A stretch of DNA of 44,063 bases from positions 86,516,744 through 86,560,806 of the forward strand of contig NC_068985.1 in assembly GCF_001194135.2 (NCBI RefSeq). The letters run 5' to 3'. Both the position numbers and the translations under genes were made by a program. This DNA comes from Octopus bimaculoides. Lineage: Eukaryota. Below, piece after piece: positions 13,111 to 25,734 of the stretch; position 1 is the first letter of the stretch, and each line of letters starts with the position of its first letter. The notes under the pieces were generated by a model. It made no database searches, had not been told where the DNA came from, and saw nothing but the letters and a program-made list of their open reading frames with translations.

Positions 13111-13764
13111 CTTTCTGTAGCTATAAATCTTTTTGATTGTTTCATTGCTGTTTGATTGAGAAAGCAAAGTAAGATTTGTGCCCAATGAAAATGTAACTCA
13201 TATAGAAACAATTGATTATGCACTCCTTTCAAAAGATATTCTCCTTTTTTTCTCTTTCTTCCATTTTCTTTTAATTATTTTTCTTTCCTTTTGCTATTCA
13301 TTCTTCACTCAATCACAACTTTTTATTACATAAAAGGCAAATTGATTTTAAGAAAATTCACCTCCACAGTCTTTTCAACTACAAACTAACAGTAATTTTA
13401 ACTAAACTGCAAAGAATTTATGGCATATTTTATTCTTAAAACTCTAAATAACCAGAAATTAATAGCAAGCTTAAACATACGAGTATTTTTAATCAAGTTT
13501 ACAATTCATCCACAGCCTGGACCATTCCCAACTTTCCCTACACAAATCAGGCTTGCAACACAATAACCACATTTCAATGCAAATACTTTCCTTCATCAAG
13601 CCTTGTTCCATTAAACATTATCAAAAGAGAAATTAAAGGAGAGAAAGATCCCATCACCTTCAAACTATATCTGGATATCTTTTTTTCAATGGATACCAGA
13701 TAAGTCACCTCTGTGTGAATACATCTCACTCAAAAATTTCCAACTGGAATTGTGTGCATTCATC

Positions 13765-14002
13765 AATGATTGATGCATTTGGACACATCCTCAGCGATGT
13801 GCCTGGTATCATCAGGTGTTTTGGGTCTTTCAACATCATACACCCTCTTCTAGGTAATCCAACTGGGGCTGATCAGACCCCAGCTTGTGTCCAGGTGGTC
13901 AACTAGCTACCCCATGGCTCTCCTCTTTTGATCCACAGCCATCTTGAGGCCATCTCTGCCACATCGGTGGTACTAGGGATGGCCTTCCTCCTTCTCACTC
14001 CC
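13765..14002 (-). mobile_element. HERO-clade non-LTR retrotransposon 3' end (5'-truncated)
   Basis: 14001-13903 reads GVRRRKAIPSTTDVAEMASRWLWIKRGEPWGS*, followed by a 3' UTR GAGGGTGTATGATGTTGAAAGACCCAAAACACC...GATGTGTCC, as recalled for HERO elements. Confidence 0.8.
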
Positions 14003-14111
14003 TTGAACGGTTGTGTTATTGCAAAACTTGACATGAAAATGATTTAACTGATTCCATTAAGTGATGCTGTAAACTCCTCAGCATTTAAACTGACTCAAAT
14101 ATTGTTTTCTG

Positions 14112-14610
14112 TCAAAACTGGCCACATCCAGCCTCCCACACTTACACTACAAGATCATTCTAAAGTTAAACAATCACCACATCATTGAAATCTCAAAGTT
14201 ATGAAGATAATGCTTGATTAATCCAAAACAATGGGAATAAATACAGATTACATTTGACAGAGAAATTTGAATGCTAAAGGGCAAAAGTTAAACATACCTA
14301 GGGAAAATTCTGACAAAAGCATATTAAAGTTTATCTAAGTTTATTTTTAGTCTTGATTTAATTTAATATTTTCCTTTCTTATGACACTGATGCCATTTTT
14401 AATGATAATTATGATATCCTTAACCCACCTCAAACACTTAGACTTCTCTGTCAAATGTAACGCTTAATTCTTTACATTGTTTTGAATTAATCGTGAATTG
14501 TCTTGTAATTTTTGAGATACTGATGATGTAACAGTTTATGTTTAAAATGACATTGTAGGGTTTGTGTGAGAGGCTGGATCTGGCTTTTTGAATATAAAAC
14601 AGGTAGAAAA
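14112..14610. mobile_element. Head-to-head pair of MITE-like family F (14112-14285 minus; 14421-14610 plus)
   Basis: CCAGCCTC.CACA..TACA...ACATTTGACAGAG versus CTCTGTCAAATGT...TGTG.GAGGCTGG; TAACCC-like termini face inward. Confidence 0.7.
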
Positions 14611-15065
14611 GTCAGAATGAACAGAGCTGGTTTATATGTTATAAGTTTGAATAATTATTTCATGTGAAATTATTAATTGGACAACTGGAAAATGAGCAAA
14701 CGATGAAACCTTTATGTGGTCTTTCAATTTACTAGAAATGGCTGCCAAACCTTCCTCATATCGCATCTTAAGATTTTCAAAATAATGAAAGAATACTTTA
14801 AATTGTATAATCCACCCTGATTTTAAATAGTCAGGATGGTAACAGTTGGAATGCATTTGACCATAAGTCTGCTTAATTGAAGTTGACCAGGGGTAAGCAA
14901 CAATAAGAATGGACTACCTCAGAGTGGTCTCTCAAATTCCTAATTATAGAAGTCAAAATTTTATTCAAATTATACAATGTCTTTTTAACTAAAAAAAAAG
15001 ACTAATAAAACCAAAATGTGTTCCTTTCTTTCACTTATTGGCTTCAACTGTTTTGATAGCAGCCA

Positions 15066-15535
15066 ACCTGAAACTATCTTTTGTTCCATGGTACAAGATT
15101 CTTATTTTAAAGTGATTTAAATCAAAAGCTTCCACCAAAATTTCAAGTTATGTTCCAAGCACCTGCTTGATATTGACAAGGTTATTTTACTAAATTCTTT
15201 ATTTTCAAAATTAATTGAAATAAGGGCAGTATATTCCAACAGAAATATGGTAGCAAAAGAATTAAAGACCAATTTACTCCAGTCTATACTGTTTGTAATG
15301 TCTCAAAATTTGAATCAACTGATCTCACTGAAGTTATCTCCCCTTTACCATAAGACTTTGTACCATCATATTGCCATTGAAAAACATTGCATTTATATCA
15401 ATTAATTTTAGAGCAAAACAAGAATTTAGTAAAATAACTTTGTCATTAATAAACTATTGTTTGAAACATTAACATAAAATTTTGTCAGTTTAATCTAGAT
15501 ATATTTAGAACAAGAAATTTGTATCATGAAATGAG
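15066..15535. mobile_element. Head-to-head pair of MITE-like family G (15066-15265 minus; 15355-15535 plus)
   Basis: TTATTTTACTAAATTCTT versus AAGAATTTAGTAAAATAA; third copy at 23933-24134. Confidence 0.7.
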
Positions 15536-17139
15536 GAGTGATCTTGGGAAGGTTGATTTCCCAAGGGCTAGATCACCTTGAAGGGCATTTTATCTACTAT
15601 TTGATTAAAAATCTGTTAAATCTAGTTTTGCAACCATGTTTTAATTGTGAAACCTTGTCCTTTTTGTATTTAGTATGCAGAACACACTTCAGGGATACTT
15701 TTTCACAACCATACTGCTGGGTAATGTAGTTTGAAGCACTATGCCTGGAAAGAAAAATGGGATTGGCATGGCTGAAGCTCCTTTGATTATTTGTCTGCTT
15801 CATCAGAAATGGGGCTGAATAGTGTAAAAATAAAAACAGTTGGAAGTCACAGTAAGGTAGATCATAGAATTAATGCACAGAAGGACAGAGAAAGCCAACA
15901 CTATAACAACATTACATATATCTTAATTGATGTGGTTCAAAGTTGACCTAGGGCTAAACAACAGCGACATCAAGCTTAAAATGCTGGTGATATAAAGAAC
16001 ATGCAACTAAATTATAAACAATATGTTCTGTTGATGAACCAGATTATCTACAAATAAAAGACCTAATCTCCATCACATCATATCTTACAATCCTAAAGAC
16101 ACAAGGGACACATAATTTAATGTAGTCCAAGGTACACTACATCTAGAAGCAATATAAACATTGGATAGGTATGGCTGGAATGACTCAATATTACATTAGC
16201 CTAATCAAGGTCAACTTAAAGAAAAAAAAAAATCAACCACCACAATAACAACAATCACAACAATAGCAAAATGTTCTGTTAATTTAAGTATCAGAACTCT
16301 GCAACTTATGCCAAAATTCTTTTGTTAAGTGGAGAAACTTGACGAGGGAGAAAATTATAAAATAAAGACAGACAATCAGATTTAATGTGTTCATTCAAAA
16401 TAACAATTAAGGTTAATGAGTGTTATTTCCAAACCTATTTGATTAATCTTGACTTTCATGCAAACAAAACAAGAAGAAGAATAATAAATAAAAAAAGCAA
16501 ACAACAGCAAATATATGCTAATTAAAAAATTAAAGAGAGCAGCGAAAAGTTAGGTTTTTATTAGTAATGTCACATCAGTGGAATAAACCTTCGGATCCGT
16601 AGCAGAGAAGCTAAAGTTAATCTGTGTTGACATAAAGGCAATGGCATCTATTAATTAACAACTATTAAATCTTTTGACTTTCAATTAAATGCTGTTATGC
16701 CTTGTAGGGTAAAAAGATAAACAAAACAAATTTAAGATGAAGTTTAGCATGTAACATCATCATCATCGTCGTCATCATCATCATCATAAATTATTTGTCC
16801 TTTTTTTTTACCTGGCATGGGTTGGACAGGTCTTTAACAATTTGTTGTGGCCATTGGTCAACAGTGTCTGGAGATGAATAAAATGTTTACGTTCTGAACG
16901 GTAATGGTTCACTACTTAAAACCAATTTAGTGGTTACTAAAAATATAACATGTGTGTGTATGCATGTGTGTGTATGTGTATATGTGTGTGTGTGTGTGTG
17001 TTTGTGTGTGTGTTGGCTTATGCTGGATGAATGAAAGAATAGTGATCAATACATATTGTAGAGGATATTGCTTTTTTTTATAGAAACTGAAAGTTTCCCT
17101 TGTCACTCAAGTTACATGGCAATGTGATCTTCAATTTAT

Positions 17140-18140
17140 TTTGTAATTTTGATAAAGAGTAGAGCAAAAATTGCAATTGGAATCATTTTATGCTACCTGT
17201 GGAAAAAATTTGCTGAGTGTGAAGGCAGAGGCAAAAGAAATGAATGTTTTGGAAGGCCCAGGAAGTGTCAACAAACATGTGGCACAAAATTGGTTCAGAC
17301 GTTTCAAGGAAGGTGACACCAGCTTTAAAGATAGACTAAAGTCAGGTAAACATCCTGCTGTGGAAGATGAGGCCTTGATTGAAATGGTTGAGTAACAACC
17401 AAGCAGAAGCACTCCTACATTTTCGGCAGAATTTGGTCCTTCACAAAGCACTATCAATACGTTAACACCTCCTTAAACTCAGTGCTGTGAAGTGACATGG
17501 TTGAGAAGGTCCTCATGAACTGACCAATGACCAAGCTCAATGATGTGTGAATATTTGCAAACAGCTGCTGACAAATCCTGATATAGCTTTTTTTTTTTGG
17601 TATCAAACTGTAACTTGAGATGAAAAATGGATCTATTTTCATAATCTTAAGAAAATTCAATGGCTTTATTCTGACCAGGAATCAGAACCTGTGGTCAAAC
17701 AAGGACAGTCTGAACAGACAGTCATGTTGTGTGCTTGGCAGAATTTCCAGGGGGTGTTGTACTTTGGGATTGACCTAAATTGTCATGTTGTAAATGCTAA
17801 CATTTATGCTCAATAATTGCAGCAAGTGTATAATGCATTGCAAGGCTGCAACCTGGCATTGGTCAATTGAAGTTGTACACCCCTACAAATTGACAATTCC
17901 CCCAGCAAACACAGCCAATGTGACCAATTACAAACTTGAGATACTTGAGAGGCTGGAAGTGCTACCTCACACTCCAGTGTTACCTACAGTGTAGACGTTG
18001 TACCATCTGATTACCATATTTTCTGAGTCATGGCTCATATCTTGTACAGATGGAGGTTCAACAATGTGGATGAGGTTGAAAACAGGTGCAGGGAACTTTT
18101 CATCTCTAAACAAGCCAAATGGTTTAAGTGTGAAATTCAT
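17140..18140 (+). mobile_element. Mariner (DD34D-type) transposase pseudogene
   Basis: AQNWFRRFKEGD, (V)PHEL (17509-22), DEKW (17619-30), HGSY/SDYHIF region and YSVDVVPSDY (from 17985) = degenerate YSPDLAPSDY. Multiple stops and frameshifts. Confidence 0.9.
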
Positions 18141-18144
18141 TAGC

Positions 18145-18400
18145 ATTTGATGCTTATTTACCATGCTGGCATGGGTTGGACAGTTTACAGAAGCTGGCAA
18201 ACCAGAAGGCTGCACCAGGCTTCAGTTGTCTATTTTGGCATGGTTTCTATGACTGGATGCCCTTCTTAATGACAACCACTTTGCAGATTGCACTGGGTGC
18301 TTTTTACATTGTACCAGCATTGGGTACTTTATACGTGGAACCTGTGAGGGTGTTTTATATGTAATGCCAGCGTGAGTGCTTTTTACTACTCACCAGCCCC
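18145..18400 (-). mobile_element. Repeat family B inserted at the 3' end of the mariner relic
   Basis: CCATGCTGGCATGGGTTGGACAG..GGATGCCCTTC..CACTGGGTGCTTTTTAC. Confidence 0.75.
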
Positions 18401-18759
18401 TGCAGGGTCTCCAAGTAGCCTGCATGACAAGGACCTCTCAGTTAATAAAGGGAGAGGAAGCGAATGAAGTGGCCCTATAGCCATCCTTATATACCCATTC
18501 TCTCCTTGTACATCATCTCCCTACTTTCTCATCTATCCTCCTCCCCAAATCACTTCTATCTCTCTCACCTGAGCCCCTCTCCACACTGGCATTTCTCATC
18601 ACTCCCTACATTTAACTCTACTACGTTATGTCTGACCCCTATCACACTCTTCTGGAAATACACCCTTTCCTTCTTCCCCCAACACACCCCGTACCAGCAT
18701 GGAAAACAGCTGTTAAATGCTGCTGCTGCTGATGATGATGATGACATCTTGTAAAGATA

Positions 18760-19800
18760 GGCTTCAGAAACAAGTACCCTCTTGTTTCGTATGACCCCTC
18801 ATTAAACCATTTCAACGATATCCTGTATTTACTGTGTAAGAAAATGTTTTGATCTGAAATCCACCCTTTTATTTCGTCCATACTGACAGACACTAATCTA
18901 TTCTGACAATGTCTTCAGTAACAAATTGTCTCCCACTTTTGGCGAACATTAATTAATTTTATTTGAGTTTCCAGAACATCCTCCTTTTATTTTAATGATA
19001 CATTTTAACATGGCCTTTGAATACAACTGAAATTTATCTTGTAAAATCTTTCATGTTTTGTAACTTTTTACTCTTTTCAATCATTAATCTCTCTCTTAAA
19101 TCATCAATCTCCCATCTTAAATTTCTACTTTATACTTTTCTAATTTATACTTTAACCCCTTAAACTTTTTTCCTATTACTTCTCCCCTAAACTCTTAATT
19201 TACATACACATTAATTAGAGCTGGAACTCAATTATCTTACTTTTTCCTTTCACTATTTTCATAATCTTCGCTCTGAAATTACTCACTGATTCATTCTGAT
19301 AACCCTGGAATCGTTTTTTAAAAAAATCATCCTTCAAATGGGAATGTAATTTGCTTCTTCTATTGTTCTTCTTCTTTTCTGGACTCCACTCCCACATATT
19401 TAACTATAATTTGACTTCTTAATCTCATTATTGTCTTTTTGTTTATTTTACCAATTTTGTTATTTTTATTGTTTAAAATTTCTATGGTCGCTTAATTACT
19501 CTGTTGGTCTTTTTTTCAACCTAAGCATAAATTTATTTCTAAAATGTATATTTATTTCCACAACATGTTCCTCTCAACCATTTTTAAATGTTTATCTCAT
19601 ATTTTTTACACAGTATTAATTTCTTCACTATATCAAACTAATCTAACTATAAATATTCATAAATCTAAATATATTATATCTTAGTTGACCTTTTTAACTA
19701 TTCCACATTAGTTTACCATATCATCTTAAATAGTCTAATACTTTTATTTTGATTTATAAGATATTAATTCACCTTTAACTATACTAAAAATAGTTTTAAA
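18760..19800 (-). mobile_element. Possible highly decayed L1/Tx1-like RT C-terminal relic
   Basis: Purine-rich minus strand with KINKKT and VKYVGV (KYLG-like) and an ETQ..L...KWETI stretch. No unambiguous catalytic motif. Confidence 0.3.
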
Positions 19801-20030
19801 ATATTAAAACCTTATTCTTCTTTTACACATAACTGTAATGTCCACAGCAGATTTAGAAAAAAATCATAAATGGAAGATTCTGCGCTGCATAAAGTGCTTT
19901 TTGCAGTTTTCAGACTTTGTAGACACAGGTTATAAGATAATCCATAAAGAAGTAGTTGTTTTTTAGTAGTAATGATGACTATTTCTGGATTAATTTCACA
20001 TTTAGAGTTCTTATAAAGTATTCACTTTTT

Positions 20031-20202
20031 GTCATCTAGTAAACATCTGGACATTTGTGCAAATGGAAAATTCTAAATATTCCAATATTTAAAAATAAAG
20101 AAAATGATCAGTTATGAAAAGTTGACCATTTTCTGTATTTTGAAAAATTGGAATATTTTCAGTTTTCCATTTGCACAAATGTCCAGATGTTTATTGGATG
20201 AC
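20031..20202. repeat. Foldback/MITE-like hairpin, 80-bp arms, 12-nt loop
   Basis: 20031-20110 versus the reverse complement of 20123-20202 shows about 9 mismatches, with a perfect 31-bp core TAAACATCTGGACATTTGTGCAAATGGAAAA. Confidence 0.9.
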
Positions 20203-20730
20203 ACATATCTAAGAGGTAAATCTATAATCTGGTGCTTATGTACTCTAACCCAATCAATCTATTAAATTTGATCCTATTTGTCCTTTATAATTGTTATTGC
20301 AGTATAGACATGTGATAAAATAAATGAGATTTTTGTGTCTTGCAATCCACATGTGTATTACCCACCAACTCCTATCCATTCTTGAATGTTTTACTTTTGC
20401 CCTTTTCAATTAATTCACAAATCCCATAACAAAGGTCTCTACATTTTATTAATCATGTTATTTTTTTTTCTGGTGTTGTGGATTTTGCTTCTGTTATGAG
20501 TCTTTTATGACTTGGTGACTGTATTCAGCTGTTAATAATTTGTGGTTCTTTAATTGTTTTTGAGATTTGATAATTGGTGCAGAATTGGAAAGTATCACTT
20601 GTTTGAATGTAAGATGGTATGGTTTACGACTTTATGGGTGACTATGAGTGGAATGTTTCGGTTTATGTCCTCACCCTCATTGGAATGGTTTCTTTGCAAG
20701 TACACACACACACATACAAACACACATGCA

Positions 20731-20764
<34 letters not shown>

Positions 20765-20765
20765 T

Positions 20766-20885
20766 GTATGGCTGGTTTCAACACAGTTTCCATTTACCTA
20801 AGTTATCTACTCTGGTTGGCCCAAGTCTATGGTAGAAGATGCTTGTCCAAGGTGTCCCACAGTGGGATTAATACAAGAAACCGTA
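20766..20885 (-). mobile_element. SINE family A 5'/central part
   Basis: Reverse complement matches 11010-11120 (CCTTGGACAAG, GGTAAATGGAAACTG). Confidence 0.65.
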
Positions 20886-21616
20886 TCATTGCCATGTCTG
20901 CACCTATGCATGCGTATGTATGTATATATCTATCTATCTGTCTATCTATCTATCTATCTATATATATATATNNNNNNNNNNNNNNNNNNNNNNNNNNNNN
21001 NNNNNNNNNNNNATATATATGAATATCTGTATGTATGCGTATATGTATGTACATGTTTTTATGTGATGGTCTTTGCATATCTTCATATTAACAATATTTT
21101 GGTAGCATTGATATTCATTTACGTACCACAGCTCGGATGTTTGACATGTGAAACCATTGGAATAAAATATTGTACGTGTAAAGAAGTAGGGGTGGGCATT
21201 AGGAAGGGCATCCAGCCATAGAATACTTTCCCAAGAAGTTTCATTCAATGAATGCAAGCATGGAGAAATGCTCTTGTTGAGGGATAAATGATACTTGTGC
21301 AAAAATATATAACATATAAGCTGTGTGTATATGTTAGCGTGTGCACATACATACATATTTATAGCTACATAGGTACATGTAAATTTATAATTAATATGTA
21401 TGTGTGTGTGTGTCTATAACAGCTCTCACTAAATTTATGGTCATATTTCCTGTTGTAAGCTTGTTTTATACTCATGTAAAATAAAATAAAATGACTGTAA
21501 TTCACCTTCTTTGTTTTCCTTCCTCTACCCATCCCTCACATATACACCCTCTCTTTCTCCCATTCATACTATATGCAATTTCTGTAACAAACGCACACAC
21601 ACATAGACATACACAT

Positions 21617-21690
<74 letters not shown>
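21617..21690. repeat. (CT)n microsatellite
   Basis: Direct reading. Confidence 0.95.
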
Positions 21691-21692
<2 letters not shown>

Positions 21693-22324
21693 ACCAGTTA
21701 TCTCTATTTGGCAATGAAGAAAGAGAAAAAAACCCTCAACAGCATACTATTAGCATATAATATTATAATATTGCCATAAATTCTGTTGTAAGAGAACATG
21801 GAACGGAGGAGAGAAAAAGAAGAAAAAGAAAAGAAGAAAATGTAAAAAAAAGCAAAAAAGAAATTATCAAGTCAGTCAAAGAACAAAACATAATAAAAGG
21901 AAAAAAAAATGAAAGAAAAAATAAGAAGAAAAAAACAAAAAGCAAGTGTGGTGGTATATATTCATTTGACTGCAATATGCTTATTGATATTCATGGAAGA
22001 TATACATGAATGAGGTTACGTTGTGTATGATGGATGGCAACAAGTTGTCACATACAACATATTAGAAACGATCTGCTATTTTCAGAATTTGTTAACAAAC
22101 CGAAAAAAAACCCCCAAAAAATGAATACATTCAACAAGTAAAAATAAAAAGTTAAAAGCACTCCCCTGCCACCTTCTGTCATCTTTATCCTTTGGAAGAC
22201 ATAGCCAGAGAAACTGATACTATTTTATTTATTTATTGGATTTTACTCTTGGTCGAAAAAATATCTACACACACATACATGCACATGCACACACACATGC
22301 ACACGCTTGTGTCTTCATGATACA

Positions 22325-22520
22325 ATCATCATCATCATCAACATCAACATTTAGCGACTGTTTTCCATGCTGCATCGGTTGGACTGTTTGACAAAAGCTG
22401 ACAAGGCCAGGGGCCACATTAATGGTCTATTTTGGCTGGGTTTCTACAACTGGATGCCCTTCCTAATGCCAACTACTTTACAGAGTGCACTGGGTGCTTT
22501 TTATGCAGCACCAACATCAG
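22325..22520 (-). mobile_element. Repeat family B
   Basis: (CAT)n..TTTTCCATGCTGC..CTGGATGCCCTTCCTAATGCCAAC..CACTGGGTGCTTTTTA. Confidence 0.75.
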
Positions 22521-22588
22521 CAATCAATTCTGCTGTGGTGGTCAGGTGTTCTTGAGCACAGCAAAGTACCAAATATTTTGATCAATGA

Positions 22589-22787
22589 AAGGTGAGATGG
22601 CAGAATCGGTAGCATGGCAGGCAAAATGCTTGGCAGCAATTTATTTGTCTTTGTGTTCTATGTTCAAATTCTACCGTGGGCAACTTTGCCTTTCTTCCTT
22701 TTAGGGCTGATAAAATAAGTATCAGTTAAGCACTGGGGTCGTGGGGTCGATACAACCGACTTTCCCTTGTGCCAAAATTCGAAACCA
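22589..22787 (+). mobile_element. tRNA-derived SINE family C
   Basis: TGGCAGAATCGGTAG A-box-like, GTTCAAATTC B-box-like; reverse copy at 31004-31209. Confidence 0.75.
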
Positions 22788-22856
22788 CTACACACACACA
22801 CACACACACAATGTGCAGTACTGTAACATGGCCTTAGTCATGATGGGTAAAACAAA

Positions 22857-22995
22857 TGGTTTAGGTGTTCAGCTCATGATCCTAAGGTTGTCGGTTCAAT
22901 TCTGGGACCGAGCAGCACATTGTGACCCCGAGCAAGACATTTCATTTAATGTTACTTCAGTCTACTCAGCTGTTACTGAGAACCAACCAAGTTCT
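22857..22995 (+). mobile_element. tRNA-derived SINE family D (central domain TGAGCAAGACA, Meta/CORE-like)
   Basis: GGTGTTC..CTCA..ATC.TAAG, GGTTCAATTC B box, GAGCAAGACATTT; reverse copy at 41380-41528. Confidence 0.6.
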
Positions 22996-23049
22996 GGTTG
23001 TTACTCTCCCCTTCCAGCTCTCACATCCTTCATGTCTCAACCTTTTCTC

Positions 23050-24985
23050 CTAATGAAATGCAGGTGTATCAAGAGAATATTCAAGTCTGCTCACACCTGA
23101 AACAATTACCAAATGCATCGGACTCAGAGGCATTGGAAATAATGTGTCATTCATATTTATGAGCCTTGTTTTACCAAAATAGTAGCCCTTCTAACAAGAC
23201 TGGCATCAACATAGAAGTTTTCTGTCAGATGCTAAAGCATGATGATATTGTTTTGCATTGTTTTAATTCCAGCAAAAAATTCCTCTTATTTACCATTCCT
23301 TTGAAATCTCCCTGCCCTTCATTCTTTTTTATTTTATCTCTCAGTTTCTCTTGTATATCAATCTTTGTGTTTAAGTTTCACGTGAAATGATCAAGAAAGT
23401 TAAACAAAAGCTTCTTAATTCATTTGGTGCTATGAAATATATTATGAGAGTGACATAACTTCTTCAATCAGTCCCCAACTGTGATGCATTTCTTACTTCT
23501 ACACTAGGAATGCTTGTCTGCTGTTAATTTTGATAAGACCTTAATTTTTTGTTGTTTCCTTTCCAATAACATTAATGTAGACAAGTGGATACCATATTCT
23601 AATAGGATGTGAAAGACTCCAGCATATTACATGCAATGCAGTGTGGTATTCAGGACAAGAGCAGCAGCCAGCAAAGAGTTCCCTTACTCTCTATCAGTTT
23701 AACTCCCTGATTTGAAACCCAGAAACCAAAAAATTATGTCTAGTTTCTACCTTGAATACATTTCTTGTGATTTAAAGCAAGGCCAATATTGCATAATATC
23801 GTTAAGCATTGATTTAACATCATGTCATGCTCTTCTTCTGACCTGTTGTACACTAAAATATTATTTGCAGCATTACTAAAATTAAATTCAAATTTGAAAA
23901 AATCAGCCAACATATTCTTGAAATTTTGAATTTCTTTTTTTTGTTACCAGATTTCTATTGAAATACATTGCTTTTGTTTCAATTAATTTTGAAAGAAAAT
24001 AAAGAATTTAGTAAAATAACTTTGTCATTATTAATCTGGTGTTTGGAATAGAAATTAGCATGAACTTTCGATGGAAGGTTTTGATTTAAATCACTTTTAA
24101 AATAGTTCCTTTGCATCATAAACCAAGGGTTGTCTGGGGAAGATATTCCAAGAATCAAAGAGTTGTATTGATATCATTTGCTGGAAGAACCAAGTATTAC
24201 AGAGTCTGATGTTGGATCGAATTCCACTTTCGAAAGCTATTTCTATTAACTTGTCAAGAATAGATTTTCATTATTATCTACTTTGGCTAACGATAGTTGC
24301 ATTTGTCCTTCATAAGACCACACACAAACCGCCCAGCCACCATTCTTTGGTGCAGCAACTCAAAGTGAAACCCATACTATGGGTCCACCAAGTTTCCCCT
24401 TCAACAAATGATGTCTCCTCCTCCTCCTCCTCCTCCTCCTCACCTCCTTCACTCTCCTCCTCCTCCTCCTTCTTCTTTCTTTCCTTCTTTCTATCTTTAC
24501 GCTCAGACAATATTCACTTCATTGGTTCTGCTTCCAGTTTTATATATATTATGGTTGATTTTAAGTCTTTCACCTTACCAATATCTTTGAATACTTCAGG
24601 GAATAGTTTAGCAATGGAATCATCTTCTGCCATTGTGAGATTATTAATGGAGTTTATTTTAATCAAGATGAGTGAAGAAGCTGTCTCCTGATCCAATAAA
24701 CTAAATCTGCCAGTTATAGATTTAGTAAGAAATATCTCATCAATATGGGGAATTGAACCAATTTTAAGTATGACCTTAGTGCCCCCAAAGTAAAGCAAGG
24801 GGTGTAGGTCAGCCATAGATAAATATCTTTGGTTATGCTTGATTGACTAATTGTCTCAGGTCATAATAATACCTACCTTGATTTTATTAAATGTTACTTT
24901 ATCAATTAAATTACATGGTGTTCTAGGATCAATAAGGAATCATGGGGTGGCTCTATCAATCTTTGTTCGTTGTTGTTGTTGTTGT
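23050..24985 (-). mobile_element. Ty3/Gypsy pol relic (protease-RT-RNase H), interrupted by a (CTC)n tract and a MITE
   Basis: FLIDPRTPCNLI (24940-24905, degenerate DTG protease), LFPEVFKDIGKVKD, WVS..V.APKNGG..VCV (~24374-24320), AANNILVYNRSEEEHD..L...GL.LNHKKC (23871-23780, degenerate ADD), ELRSF, FYVDASLV (~23215-23195, RNase H). Confidence 0.85.
23933..24134 (+). mobile_element. MITE-like family G inserted in Gypsy RT
   Basis: AAGAATTTAGTAAAATAACTTTGTCATTA shared with 15420-15450; splits the Gypsy RT frame. Confidence 0.75.
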
Positions 24986-25167
24986 TTTAGATGATTACCA
25001 TTTCCCCACTCCTCAGTTTGAGATATAAATACCTGACATTGTTTATTTTTTCCTTGTAGCATACAAAAGTAATTACTCTCCCTGTTGGTGTGGGCAGGAA
25101 AGTTACTCAGATTAAAAACAAACTGTAGTTTACCATATGTATATCCTCCTCCTCCTCCTCCTCCTCC

Positions 25168-25174
<7 letters not shown>

Positions 25175-25201
<27 letters not shown>

Positions 25202-25370
25202 TGCACTTTTCTATGGTTAGAATAATTCGAATAGATTTTGTTGAGGTGGTTTGTCTCAGGCTGGATGCCCTTCCTGTTGCCAACCCTCTGTCTATTTCCA
25301 CATAGGGAAATATTTCCCCATGACCAGACATATTTTCATGGCAGCTCAGAAAAACTGACACTGCTTGTAT
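25175..25370 (-). mobile_element. Repeat family B variant inserted in the Gypsy nest
   Basis: (ATC)n tail, GGCTGGATGCCCTTCCTGTTGCCAACCC. Confidence 0.6.
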
Positions 25371-25424
25371 GAATGTGACATTCATTTTCTACTATCAAGT
25401 GATGCCAAAACAAGAACACATGCA

Positions 25425-25478
<54 letters not shown>

Positions 25479-25550
25479 CACACAAATACATACATACATG
25501 CACACACCACATGCACAAATACATACATACATGCACATACCACATGCACA

Positions 25551-25710
25551 ATGAGCTTCTTTTGGTTATTGTCTTCTAAATCCATTCACAAGGCTTTGGT
25601 TGGCCCAAGTTCTTGCAGAAGACATGCTCAAGGTACCATACAGTAGGATTAAACATGAAACAATGTGGTTTGGAAGCAAGCTTTTTAATCACACAACCAT
25701 GCTGGTACCA
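25551..25710 (-). mobile_element. SINE family A 5' part
   Basis: AAATCCATTCACAAGGCTTTGGTTGGCCC..CAAGGTACCA is the reverse complement of the 10960-11120 head. Confidence 0.75.
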
Positions 25711-25734
25711 TTCATTGTACTGTTTTATCTACAG

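Noticed and set aside
12818-13185. Hydrophobic, membrane-protein-like ORFs
   Set aside because: Products of (TTA)/(ATC)/(GTT) trinucleotide tracts.
20613-20699. Exon-like frame MVYDFMGDYEWNVSVYVLTLIGMVSLQ
   Set aside because: Weak acceptor, the donor runs into a (CA)n tract, and no family was recognised.
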